DNA of 64,000 nt from NCBI GenBank assembly GCA_964016885.1, contig OZ024741.1, positions 367,970,001 to 368,034,000 on the forward strand, read 5' to 3'. The notes under the pieces are model-generated. The model worked only from the letters and a program-made list of their open reading frames with translations, ran no database searches and was not told the origin of the DNA. Shown in pieces: positions 26,331 to 38,735 of the stretch. This DNA comes from Eledone cirrhosa. Lineage: Eukaryota. Each line of letters begins with the position of its first letter. Position 1 is the first letter of the stretch. A program made the position numbers and the translations under genes.

Positions 26331-29005
26331 AGTAAGAAGCGCAGGACTGCGTACAGTTTATAATTTTTTATCCCCTTAGTAAAATAAGTTGGATTACTTT
26401 GAATAAATAATGAATGAATATTACATAATTTATCTACTAAATTTCGTAGCTGTTGATTAAATATATTTTATTACTTATTTAAAGATTCACTTCTTTAAAA
26501 TTTTCAAATGTCAACACTTCCAGTTAGTGATCGTTTAAATAAATATTCATATATTTCTGTCACTAATTTTCTCCTAATGCAGTTTATATATAATATCGTC
26601 TTTTTTTAATGTATCATGGATTACATTACTGATTACATAAGACAGTGTAACACAGCCTTCGTTCAATTTCTGTGTATATTGTCAATTATATACTTGCATA
26701 TATACTTGCATATAATATCAATATACACACTACACATGCTAGCAGAAAACCACCCGAAGAGTGGTTTTTTTCTGCTAGTATATGTAATTTACAATTCCTA
26801 GTTGTAGAAATGACATTATGTTCCAGTATAAAATCTAAAACATAGCACTGCACATAACCAAGGTGCGTAGAACTACACTCAGTTATGAAGTAACAGCCCA
26901 CAATTAAAAAAATATGACTACTGAATAATAATAATTTGCCAAACTATATAAAATAATTATAGTAAACAATTATTTCATCAACAATCATCATCATCACCGT
27001 TTTACATCTGTTCCTCCACGCTAGCATGGGTTAGAGGGATCGTCCTGTTGTGGGCAGTGTCCGGTCAGCTGACCTTGTCTTGCTCATACGGGAACTGATT
27101 CTGCCTTATTTCTACAGCTGGATGCCCTTCCTAACACCAATCTCATTTACAGTTAGTGCTGGGTGCTTTTTTTCCGTGGCGCCTACACGTCCATGTTACA
27201 GTGGAATGATAGGGACCTATCATCTCATTTCTACAGCTGAGTAAACAATGTCCATAAATATTTATAACATATTAAATAAACTAAACAAACCATCTTTTTA
27301 GATATGTATACTGTAATAAATTTAACCATCTTTTTTAACCCATTTCAACCGGCTGTAACCGGTCGATCATACTGATGTTAAAGTATTGTTCTCAAAATAG
27401 AAAATATAAAAATCTCATAGATTTGATATTATGTGAGGTAAAACCTTTACCATAAAAATATAAGAGTAAATATTGAGTAATGTAAATGATAAAGGGTTAA
27501 AGTAAAAAAACCGTAATATTGTTTTTATTCTCTTTTTTTTTAATAGCTTTAGAAATTGAGACATGTACATGGTTGTCTTCTTATTGCATATGAGACTGTT
27601 ACTGTTTCAGGTTGTTGTTGGCCTGATTGAGATCAGTTATCAGTTTCCAGGGCCCACTGTGAGGAGGTTGACAATTTTAGCCCTGACATGGTTGTGAGGT
27701 GCAAGCTTGGCTGAGAGATGCAGGCATGATTATGTGGTTAGAAGTTCACTCCACAACCACCTTGTCTTGGGTTCTGTCCTATTGCGAGATACCTTTGGCA
27801 AGTGTAAGGTGTTTGAGCAGGTCAACTAATAATGTAAAGGATTCCTCATTAGCTCAGCATAGTTTGGTGCTATTGTTTAGATTGAGACCAGCCATAATTG
27901 AGGAATAGCATATTAAGAATTACATTATTCAAGGTGTCTTTTCTTTTCTTTTCATCTTTTTTTAGGGTGTGGTTTAAGGGAGATTTGACTGCTGTTTCTA
28001 TCAGGGAGAGGCTCCTTTATTAGTTAATTAGCTGGTGGTTTATTCATTAAGTACCATTAAGTTCACTGTAATATTAAATACTACACACTTTAACATAGTA
28101 TCCTCCCTCCGCCTACACACTGTTAATTCCTCTCTTAAAGTCTACACATTAATTTTCTTTAATTCATTAGTTATGCCTGTCTGCCTACCTGTTTGTATGA
28201 AGGGAGCCTCTAACTAGTTTGCTAAACTGCTTGAAATAACAGCCAAGTCTTCCTCAAAAGTCCTCACCCCTCCTACTAATTAATTCATCATTTATCTGCT
28301 CAGTCAAGGAAGGCTTGACGAAATAACAAGTTGTTTATTTTGTTTGTCTCTTTCTTTTTTATGGTTAATCTATGAATGTAATTTTATTTTAATGATGGAA
28401 TGCTTTGCAGTATATGTTCCAGCTCTCTGCTCTCTCATTTCAAATCCTGCCAAAGTCAACTTTGCCTTTCATCCCATTCAAGGTTAATAAAAAAAAAAGT
28501 ACCAGTCTAGTACTGGGGTCCATTCTTCCTCTATATCTCTTTCTCATTTCCTTTCTCTCACCCTCTATAATTCTCTGGAAGAAACCTGCTGTATTCAAAC
28601 CTCGAAAGATGGACTCTCCCAGGTTTAAAAAATGCCCTACGAACATTGTATGTCAATATGGCACCCTTAAAACTCCCTCAGGAGTTACAGGTCTAAACCA
28701 AACCATACAGATTAAGACATTGAGTAAAGAAGCTTTTTGTTGTCTTGTTTTTCTGTTCACTATAGTGAGTCTAAATACAACAAAAATATGAGAAAGAATA
28801 CTCAATCACTACCCCAATTATACAAGCCCACTCCCCACCCCGACAATGTGGAAGAATGCTACCTCACGGGGTTCACTTATGCATGTAGCCAACCCTGTCC
28901 CAATAGCAGTGATTAAGGAGGTGGTACAAGGATAAAGAAGACTAGACCTCTCCACCACTAGAGCCAGCTGCAAGCTGGTTCACCATCCAATGTGTTGTTT
29001 CTTTC

Positions 29006-29221
29006 TTAACCCTTTAGCATTTACATTACTCTATATTTACTATGTTATTTTCACAGTCAACGGTTTATCTCACATAATATCGAATCTATGAGATTTTGAT
29101 ATTATTTATTTTGAGAACTGTACCTTAACATAAGAATGTTGGACCAGTTATGGCTGGTTTGAACAGAAAGAGGTGAGAGAATTCTGGTCAGATATGGACG
29201 GTTTAAATGCTAAAGGGTTAA
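29006..29221 (-). mobile_element. piggyBac-type MITE family 1 copy
   Basis: Perfect 14-bp TIRs CCCTTTAGCATTTA and TTAA TSDs. Confidence 0.9.
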
Positions 29222-29971
29222 GACAAGTAGGATATGATGTGAAGGTGGTTTGACTGCTATTTCTCCATGGTTACCACCACTACCACCACTATCATCACCA
29301 CCACCACCACCACCACCACCACCACCACCACTACCACCACTATCACCACCACCACCACCACCACCACTCAGTGGTGATGGTTGGAAGTGATAGTTGCTGT
29401 TGTTGTTGATATTTAATAATGATAATTTTCCCATTAAAGTTTCATCTTGTTAACATTGTTGCATTGCTATTGTTGAATGTAGTCTATTAAAAACTATAGC
29501 TGTCTGCTGAATCTTGTTATTTCTGTTTATAAGAAAAATAAAAAAATATTATTGTTCTTGATAACAATAACAATTATCATAATAATTATAGGCGGTGGCT
29601 TGGCAGAGTCATTAGAGCATTAGACAAATGCTTAGCAGTATTTGTTATGGTTCTTTATGTTCTGAGTTCAAATCCAGCTGAGGTCAACTTTGCCTTTTAT
29701 CATTTCAAGGTTGATAAAATATAGTACTAATTTCAATATAATCAAGTTTTCCTTCCCCTCAAATTGCTGACCTTGTGTCTAAATTATAAATATATTATAA
29801 CTGTTAAAATAAAATATAATTGGTAAAATGATAAGGATTTTTAATACTTTTATATTTTGTTTTCTTTCACTAGTTTCAGTCATTTGATTTTGGCCATGCT
29901 GGGGCATCATCTTCAAGATTTATAGTCATAACAGCCCTAGTATCTGACGGATACTTTGTATAACAACAATA

Positions 29972-30158
29972 ATTGTTTCTACGTTTGGTACAAGGCCAGC
30001 AATTACCCAGTGCATTACTGGTACTTTATTTTATCAACCCCGTAAGGATGAAAGGCAAAGTTAACTTCGGCGGGATTTGAACTCAGAATGGCAAGGGCCG
30101 TAACTCTATACGTCAAAGCATGGCGTCCGATCCTCTACCGATACTGCCAATCCACCGT
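29972..30158 (-). mobile_element. SINE family A copy
   Basis: Full-length match to the family. An older + strand relative lies at ~29591-29790. Confidence 0.88.
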
Positions 30159-32799
30159 ATAATAATAGTGATAACAATTTCTGACATAGACACAAGGCTA
30201 CACATTTTGGAGGAGCCAGTGGTCAATTATATGGAGTATGGTGGGGGAAGATTAGAACTATTATAAAAATAAGACACATACACAGAGTCTCTCTTTCTCT
30301 CTGTGATTTTGTAGTAAATGGACATATTTCTGACCTTGAAATATTGATAAACATAGAACTTGTCTGTCTCCTACACTGGTACCACCTGTAACAACAATGT
30401 TATTCAGAAAATAATAAATTAAACTAAAAGAAAAAAAAAATCAAACCAGTTATGTTTTCTGACTAATATAATCTTCATTTGTACAAATTTGTACAAATAG
30501 ACGAATGTATGATTGTGAGGTTAACAGGTTTCAATTTTAGAGCCCTTGGTTCTGAGTGCCATCCCATTGCACTGCAGGTTAGGCAAATGTTTTCTATCAT
30601 AGTCATTGGTTGATCAGTGCTTAAGGTGCTGGGACAAAGCTGAACCTTCTATTTACAGGTGCAATCCAGAGGGAGCAGAGTGGATAGACAAATCACATTT
30701 CCTCATCACTGACTTGCAACTTTATTTATTGAGCTCAAGAGAACTGAAGGGCAAATTTGACTTTGAAAAGATTTATATCAGGAGTGCAGAGAACCAGAAC
30801 AAATGTCACAATAGTGGCATTTATGAAAGCATACATATGTTTCATCATCATCATCATCATTTTACGTCTGCTTTTCCCTGCTTGCAAGGCTGGGACATAC
30901 ATAAATTTAGCTATGGCTATTTAAAGCTCTGAACTACCTCAATGACTGTGTAAGCATGCCAAACATTATTATGAACTGTGTCGTGTTAGTACTACTGCTA
31001 ACTAAAAGCCACAAGATTTTCTAGCTAGCTTTCTAATGATTGTGCCAATTTACTACTTCTTTAGTCTTAGTTACACTATGTCACTATGTCTGAAATTATG
31101 ACAAAGTGGCTATAGCTGGAATAAGTTTGATCATAGGTCTGACCCATGGCTAAAGAACGTCACACATCTGCTCAATCAGGGCAGACCTATTATTAAACAA
31201 CAATAAAAGCCTATTTAGTCAGGCTGACTTATGTCTAAACAACAACATAGGTCTGTTTAGTCAGGATTGACCTAGGGCTAAACAATAACTGTGTAGGTCT
31301 CCTTTAGCATTTAAACCGCCATATCTGGCCAGAATTCTCTCACCTCTTTCTGTTCAAACTGGCCGTAACTGGCTGCTCATACTGATGATAAGGTATTGTT
31401 CTCAAAATAAATATCAAAATCTCATAGATTTGATATTATGTGAGATAAAGCCTTTACCGTGAAAATATAGTAGTAAATATAGAGTAATGTAAATGTTAAA
31501 GAGCTAAAATTTATATACACGTACTTTTTGATTTACAACAGGGTTCTATTCCAACCAAGTGGCTGTAAGTTGATATAGATATAATACCTATACGGATGAT
31601 GGGAGGAGTGGTGGTTATTTTATATGCATTACTCATATGGACTGTATTATGTAACAAAAACATTTAAACTTTTTTATGCAAACTTATATATATTTACCAA
31701 TGCGTATTTGGGTAAATACGCATAATAATGGGTACGGTTTTTCCTATTTCTCTATATATGTTCAGATGTAGGAGTATTTGAATATATTATTTTTTTTTAT
31801 TGTTGGACCTCCATTATTTCAAATGATGAGTACTCCAGTACTCAGGCACATATACCCTCAACATTCTTCTTAGAGCAATTCAGCCTGACACAATTCATTT
31901 TTGCCAGCTTAGTCGACTGTAGCAACGTAAAATGAAGCATCTTGCTCAAGGACACAGTATGCAGCTCGGTCCAGAAATCGATCTTATGGCCTTTCATGAG
32001 AAGAATGCCCTATCCACTAAGCCACATGACTTCACGATTTGAATATAACTGCTGAAGTTCATATATGCCAAGAAATAGACATGCAAACATACATGGGCAG
32101 GCAGGCATTTACAGACATGGAGAGATAGATACATGCACACACACACACAGATAGGGATGTGTTATCTATGGTACACATCACACCAAGTTGACATGTGTGT
32201 GTCTGTCTGTTTGTATGTGTTTATGTATGTGTGTGGGTTGACAAGTATTATAATTTCAGACTATTATTGTTTTAATAATTTCATGAAAAATAGCCAGTAT
32301 CCGGGAATAGTATTTTTAGAACTGCATTATCCAATGTGTTCTCTTTTTTAAAGATAATAGGATGTGCTTTCGGGGAGTTGAACAAACCACGTAGAGGTTT
32401 CTTTGTCAACTAGAAATCTACTAGCTGTTATATTTTGGTTACAAAGTGACAGACACCCAGCACCAGATGTTTGTTTGTGTGTGTGGTATCTGTCTCTGTA
32501 GATCTGTGTGTGTATGTGTGTGTTTATCTGGTGTGTGCCTATGACTATGTGTCTGGTGTGTGTGTATGTAAATGCAAACATGTGTCTATGTGAGTCTGTG
32601 TCTATTTGTGTGAATATCTGCAGGTGTGTGTGCATGTGTCTGTTTATGTGTGGATGTGTCTGTGTCTGTATGTGTGCGTCTATGTCTGTGTATAATGAAA
32701 ATGTTCAGCAGTGTTGTTACAAAGCAATAATAACCCAGTCATGTTAGGTTAGTTAATAACAGTGTAAAGAAATGTATGAAGAATTGCTAGCTAGCTAGC

Positions 32800-33300
32800 T
32801 TGACCACTATCACCATCACCACCACTATCACCACCACCACTACTACTATCACCACCACCACTATAACTATCACTATCACCACCACCACTATCACCATCAC
32901 CACCACCACTATCACCATCACCACCACCACTATCACCATCACCACCACCACTATCACCACCACCACTACTACTATCACCACCACCACTATCATCACCACC
33001 ACCACTACTATCACCACCACCACCACTACTATCACCACCACCACTATCAACTTCACTACTACCACTATCTCCACCACCACTATCACCATCACCACCACCA
33101 CAATCACTACCACTATCACCACCACCACTATCACCGCCACTATCACCATCACCACCACCACCACCACTATCATCACCACCACCACCACCACTATCATCAC
33201 CACCACCACCACCACTATCACCATCACCGCCACCATCACCACTATCACCACCACTATCACCATCAACACCACTATCACCTCACCAACAACAACAATACTT
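32800..33300. repeat. (CAC/CAT/TAT)n trinucleotide array
   Basis: accactatcaccaccacc units in a single register. Confidence 0.95.
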
Positions 33301-34869
33301 TCACTATCAATACCACACACCACTTCCTACACCAACACAACCATCACAACCACCCTCATTACCAGCAACACTACCACATCCACCTACACTGTCACACCAA
33401 CACTACCACCAACACTACTAACATCAACACCACTGCTAACACCACCAACCCCATCTACATCACCACCAATACTCCTACCAACACTATCACTAACACCAAC
33501 ACACCATCATCAGCACCACCACCTCCAATATCCCCACAAGCACCACCTATACACACCACCACCTATACACACCACCACCTATACACACCACCACCTCTCT
33601 GTTCACAATTGTGTATTGATTGTTGTACCTGAGTAAGTGTGGTACGGTGTTAACAGACTCTGGGGCATGTAGTACTGCCTTCAGACAGTACTCAGTCAAT
33701 TGGAAACAAGCGTGTGTGCATGTGTGTGTGTCTGTGTATGTACATATGTTTGTGTATATGTGAATATGTATGTGTTTGTATGTGTGTTTGTGCTTGTATG
33801 TATGCAGAGGTGAGGGAGGGGGTTGAGAGAAACAATGTATATAAATATGAAGTATGTCGACCATTGTTAGCTTATTTCTAGTTGTGTTATATAAAAGGAT
33901 TGTTGTGTAGAAATTATTATCGCCCAGTTATGCCTGACTGGAGATGTCCATGAGAGAGGATGAAAAGAGTGGGGGCTCTGTAGAAAGCAGTGACATGATG
34001 GAATTGATGGAATAAGGTAAAAATAAATAGTAGCTAGAGCAGAACTGTTCTGAATAGGACATGTTGAATATATAGAGGCAGAACAAGGTTGATTTTTACT
34101 TTAAGGAAAATATAATTGGTTAATTGAGAAGGTATGTGGTCGAGTGGTTAAAGTGTTGGATTCACAATCATAAGGTTGTGGGTTCGATTCTCTGGCCAAG
34201 TGGCATGGTATTTTTTTTAGTATTTTAAATCTTTACCATATTTCTAATGGAAGACACTGCCTAGAATTTTCAATTAATTTTGAAAATAATCAAGAATTTC
34301 TAGGGATTTAGTAATATAACTAACTTTCTCATTATTACTACATTGTTGTTTGGAACATAAAGTTTCTTACATAAAATTAGGATGGAAGGGTGTTAGAAAA
34401 ATACAAACACTTTAAAATAAAGTGTTTGTATCATAGAACCAAAGGTAGTTTCAGGCAGGTTGGTATCAAAAGGGTTGATCTATGCTAAAATTAAAAGTAG
34501 ACATGCAATTTTGACTTAAATTTGAAGTATTCTTTGGTCTCAATCGAATAATCATTGTTGTCATCCCGTCAAGGTACCCCACCCCCACCCTAATTAAATT
34601 TTGCTAATCTATCTCTGGCGAAATTTTATTTTAAGTGGTAGCATTCCTGCAACAATTAATTTTCTTTATACATTAAAAAAACATTATACATGACAAAACA
34701 ACATTACAAGAAATCTCATACGTTATAAAATAAATAGGATGGGTTGGGGTCTCAATATGTAAACTAAACAATTAATTTTGGGGTTTTAAAAATTCAAGGG
34801 AGACAACCTAGAAAAATTATCGATTTTCCACCTTACCCCCTATTATCTGGGACCCAAAAGTAAATCATT

Positions 34870-35150
34870 GGTAGGATCAGAAGAAAGATAACTCTTACTC
34901 AGTGGGTCACCAGGTCTGGTAGAATCAGGAGAGACAATTCCTACTCTGTGGGAAACAACATCTTGTAGGATCAAGAAAGATAACTCCTACCCTGTGGGTC
35001 CTAATATTTGGAAGGATCAGGAGTGATAATTCTTTACTAGTGGGTCTTAAAATCTGGAAGGTTCAAGAGAAACACCTCTTACCCACTGGATCCCAACATC
35101 TGGTAGAATCAAGAGAGACAACACCTTACCCAGTAGATCCCCAATTAGTG
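34870..35150. repeat. Degenerate ~46-bp minisatellite, ~6 units
   Basis: ggtagga/atcaaga.agataactcttacccagtgggtc...atct units. Confidence 0.85.
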
Positions 35151-35610
35151 GATAGGAGAATAACCTCTAGATATAGAATTTAACAGCGAGTATAGAAATA
35201 AACCACCCTGAACCAAACATAAGCTGCCTTTTGGGAAAGCATAGCACATGGTAACCTAGGGTCATAGGTGAAGGCATGGGAAGCAGCATAGTGGATAAGA
35301 AGCTGGCTTCTACAATAGTAATTAGTTTTAAAATCCATGGCCAGACACCATGAGTTTAAAGAGAAGAATATAAGAATAAGAATGAAAAAAATATATAACA
35401 TTTATGGTGATAATGATTTTGTTTTCTTTTACATAGTTTTGTTCTAGCTGTTCATTAAGTATAAGCCTGGTGGTCAAGTTTCGATAGATCAAACTACATA
35501 CACTCATACACACATATTCTTTAAAACGTTTTTGGCCAAATGTGCTGAGTACCAATTGTATTGCCTCAGTTTTTATTTATTAAATCCTAATTTCCCTACA
35601 TGTTCTTAAA

Positions 35611-35710
35611 TTATAGAAAAATAATTCAGCTTTAAAATTATTCGGGTGTTTTTTCTATATTGATAGAAAAAACACCCCAATAATTTTAAAGCTGAATTAT
35701 TTTTCTATAA
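35611..35710. repeat. 100-bp palindrome
   Basis: 48-bp arms, 4-nt spacer, one mismatch. Confidence 0.9.
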
Positions 35711-35788
35711 TAAGTGTATAAACAATTATATATATATATATATAAGTGTATAAACAATTATATATATATATATAATTGTTTATACACT

Positions 35789-37206
35789 AGCCCCCTACTA
35801 TTTATTATTGCCCTTCAGGATTTAACAGTGGAGTTCAAGACCGGCTGCCCATGGGAACTCCTATACGCAGATGATCTAACGCTCATAGCTGAATCAATGG
35901 CCGAACTAGAGAAGAAATTCCAAACATGGAAGCATGGCCTAGAATCAAAAGGCCTTAAAATTAACCTGGCTAAGACTAAAGTTCTAGTTTGTAAGAAAGA
36001 AAATAGGGCACAGGTCCCATCCGGGAAATGGCCATGCTCAGTGTGTAGGAAAGGCGTAGGTAGAAACTCCATTTTATGTCCCAAATGCAAAGTATGGGTG
36101 CATAAAAGATGTAGTGGGATCACAGGTAAGCTAACTAAGAACATAGATTTTACATGTGGCCGGTGCTCTGGTGCAATAAGTAGCAGCAAGTGCCCACAAA
36201 ATACTAGCTCTTTCAATTGCACAGAGGGTTCTATAGAAATAGTGGACAGCTTCCGTTACCTGGGTGACAAAATCAGCAGTGGGGGAGGGTGCTCTGAAAG
36301 TACAGTAGCTAGAGTCAGAACTGGATGGAAAAAGTTCAGAGAGCTTATACCTCTACTAGCCGCTAAAGGGTTCTCCCTAAAAATGAAAGGCAGGCTGTAT
36401 GATGCCTGCATACGAACAGCAATGTTGCATAGCAGTGAGACCTGGGCATTGTGTGCAGAGGATATACGCAGACTAGAGAGGAACGAAGCTTGCATGCTCC
36501 GCTGGATGTGTAATAGTAATATACGTGAACGGCAAAGCATTAACAAACTAAGGGAAAAATTAGAAATAAGAGGGATCAGATGTTGTTTACTCGAGAGAAG
36601 GCTATGTTGGTATGGTCACGTGATGCGCATGAAAGACGACAGCTGTATAAAAAAAGTGCAGGGCAATAAAAATAGACGGTAGCCACGGAGTAGGCAGACC
36701 CAGAAAAACCTGGAACGACTTGATAAATTCCAACCTCACACACTTACACCTCTCCAAGACAATGTCACTGGACCGAGATCTTTGGCGGTACTCAGTAATA
36801 GAGAAGACCCGCCTTACCTAAATACAAAGTAAAACCTACTACAGTCAGTAGGCACCTCTAACAAAATACACCCCCGTCCCACTACCCCCACCCCATCCAC
36901 ACCGCCCTTTTCAATTTAAAGTTATGTTGGTACCACAACATCCAGGCCGAAACAAATGAGGTCATGTAGGTGTCACGACAAAAAAACACAGTCCACGCTG
37001 TAATGTGGCCGTGTAGGTAACACGGTAAAAACCTCTCAGTTCCACACTGTAAATGTGGTTGGTGTTAGGAAGGGCATCCAGCCGTAGAAAACCCGCCAGA
37101 CAGTCCTATGCGAGCAAGACAACCACTCTTGCCTCAAGTGGGAAAACTCCCATTCAAACCCATGCAAGCGTGGAATACGGATGTTAAACGATGATGATGA
37201 TGATGA
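35789..37206 (+). mobile_element. 5'-truncated RTE-clade LINE with target-site duplication
   Basis: RT motifs SPLLFII, LLYADDL, GLKINLAKTKV and FRYLG are present. The C-terminal WYGHVMR..GRPRKTW follows a frameshift in the A-run near 36650. It has a (GAT)n tail and a 12-bp TSD TGTTTATACACT at 35777-35788 and 37207-37218. Confidence 0.93.
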
Positions 37207-38446
37207 TGTTTATACACTTATATGTTTATACACTTATATGAACTTACTGTTGTAGCAAGTCCCACATAATTGTTGTGACAAGTGACTTAAACATTAATCA
37301 TATGAGCCATAGTATTTAACAAGGCTGGCAGTTTATTGTGGAGCTGAACTAACTAGTTAAATGACCTCCATAGGTAAAAGGACTTGCTATAACTACAGCA
37401 TTATATGGATAACTTGTTCAATAAAGAAATTGAACTTGCACAGCAAACATGTTATGGATTTAATTTCATAGAAAGAGTTAAAGGCTATTTTTAGTGAATT
37501 GGTGAACAGATGATATAAATTTTTGATATAATTATGAAATAATTACCTACTGTAGTAGGGGTATGAATATATCAGTGTGGTTAAGGAGTTCACTGTGCAA
37601 CCATGTGGTTTCTGGCTCACTCTCAGTGTGAAACTTTGGGCAAGTGCCTTTGGTTGACCAGTGTCATATGAGTGAAATCGCAGAAGCTGTGTGTGTGCTT
37701 ACATTTGTATCTGGTTGTGTTTATGTCCCCTAAACTTAGAGATTCAATAAAAAGAAATTGATGAAATAAGTACCAGGCTTGAAAAATAAATACAGGGATT
37801 GATATAATCAACCAAGTCCATTTATGACTGAAACCAGTAAAAGAATAGGACATTTCAATAATACATATTACATAGATTATTGTGATGGTGGTGGAAGTTG
37901 ATATGAATGGAATAATTATTGTAAGTTTCTCTATAGTATATATAACATAGATGGTTGAGACAGTGATGGGAGTGGTATCTTTATTTTACATCTGTTTTCT
38001 GTTGGCATGGGTCAGATTGGTCATCATGGTCCCTTCCTAATGCCAACCACTTATAGTTGTTGCACCAGCACTACCACTTTACAGAGCTTGAGTGAAATTT
38101 ATAATGTCACCAGCACAAAGATTTTATTGAGTGTACTGGGTGCATTGTATCACAGTGCCAGCACTAAAGGTATGAAGTAATGAAGTAATTAGCTACAACA
38201 GGTGTTTTCTATTATAGAGGACTTTCCAGTTGTATGAAAGACATGACAACCTCCCTAGTGTTGGTGTCGTGATAAAATGCACCCAGTGCACTCTGTAGAG
38301 TGCAGGAATGTATATAAGTGTGATGCAGCTTCTCCATCTGAGAGGTCAGCAGCTCTGATTGAGTACTGAAGGGAGAATTTACATAAATGATGATGATGAT
38401 GATGGTGTAACACAGATAGTTGTAGCAGAAATGGGACCTGTGCAAA

Positions 38447-38735
38447 GGATGTACAAATATTCTTTATGGTACATGTATATATGTGTATGTTAAACCTTTG
38501 ATGCACCAATATTTCATGTGGTACATGTATGTGTGTATATATGTTAAACTATTTGATGTACAAATGTGGTACATGTATGTGTATATATGTTAAATCTTTT
38601 GCTGTACAAATATTTCATGTAATACATGTATGTGTGTATATATGTTAAACCTTTTTATGTACAAATAGTCCATGTGGTACATATATGTGCGATTATATGT
38701 GTGGGTGTATGTTAAGCCTTTTGATGTACAAATAT
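38447..38735. repeat. ~55-bp minisatellite, ~5-6 units
   Basis: gatgtacaaatatttcatgtggtacatgtatgtgtgtatatatgttaaaccttt units. Confidence 0.88.

Noticed and set aside
31700-31723. Small hairpin ATGCGTATTT-gggt-AAATACGCAT as a Helitron end
   Set aside because: No CTRR terminus or second copy in the window.
32787-33636. Poly-Thr mucin-like / poly-Val ORFs
   Set aside because: Trinucleotide repeat open on both strands; no signal peptide or convincing splice context.
34130-34200. tRNA-like sequence (also 62588-62655 and SINE heads)
   Set aside because: A/B boxes are present but there is no proper acceptor stem; these are tRNA-derived SINE heads.
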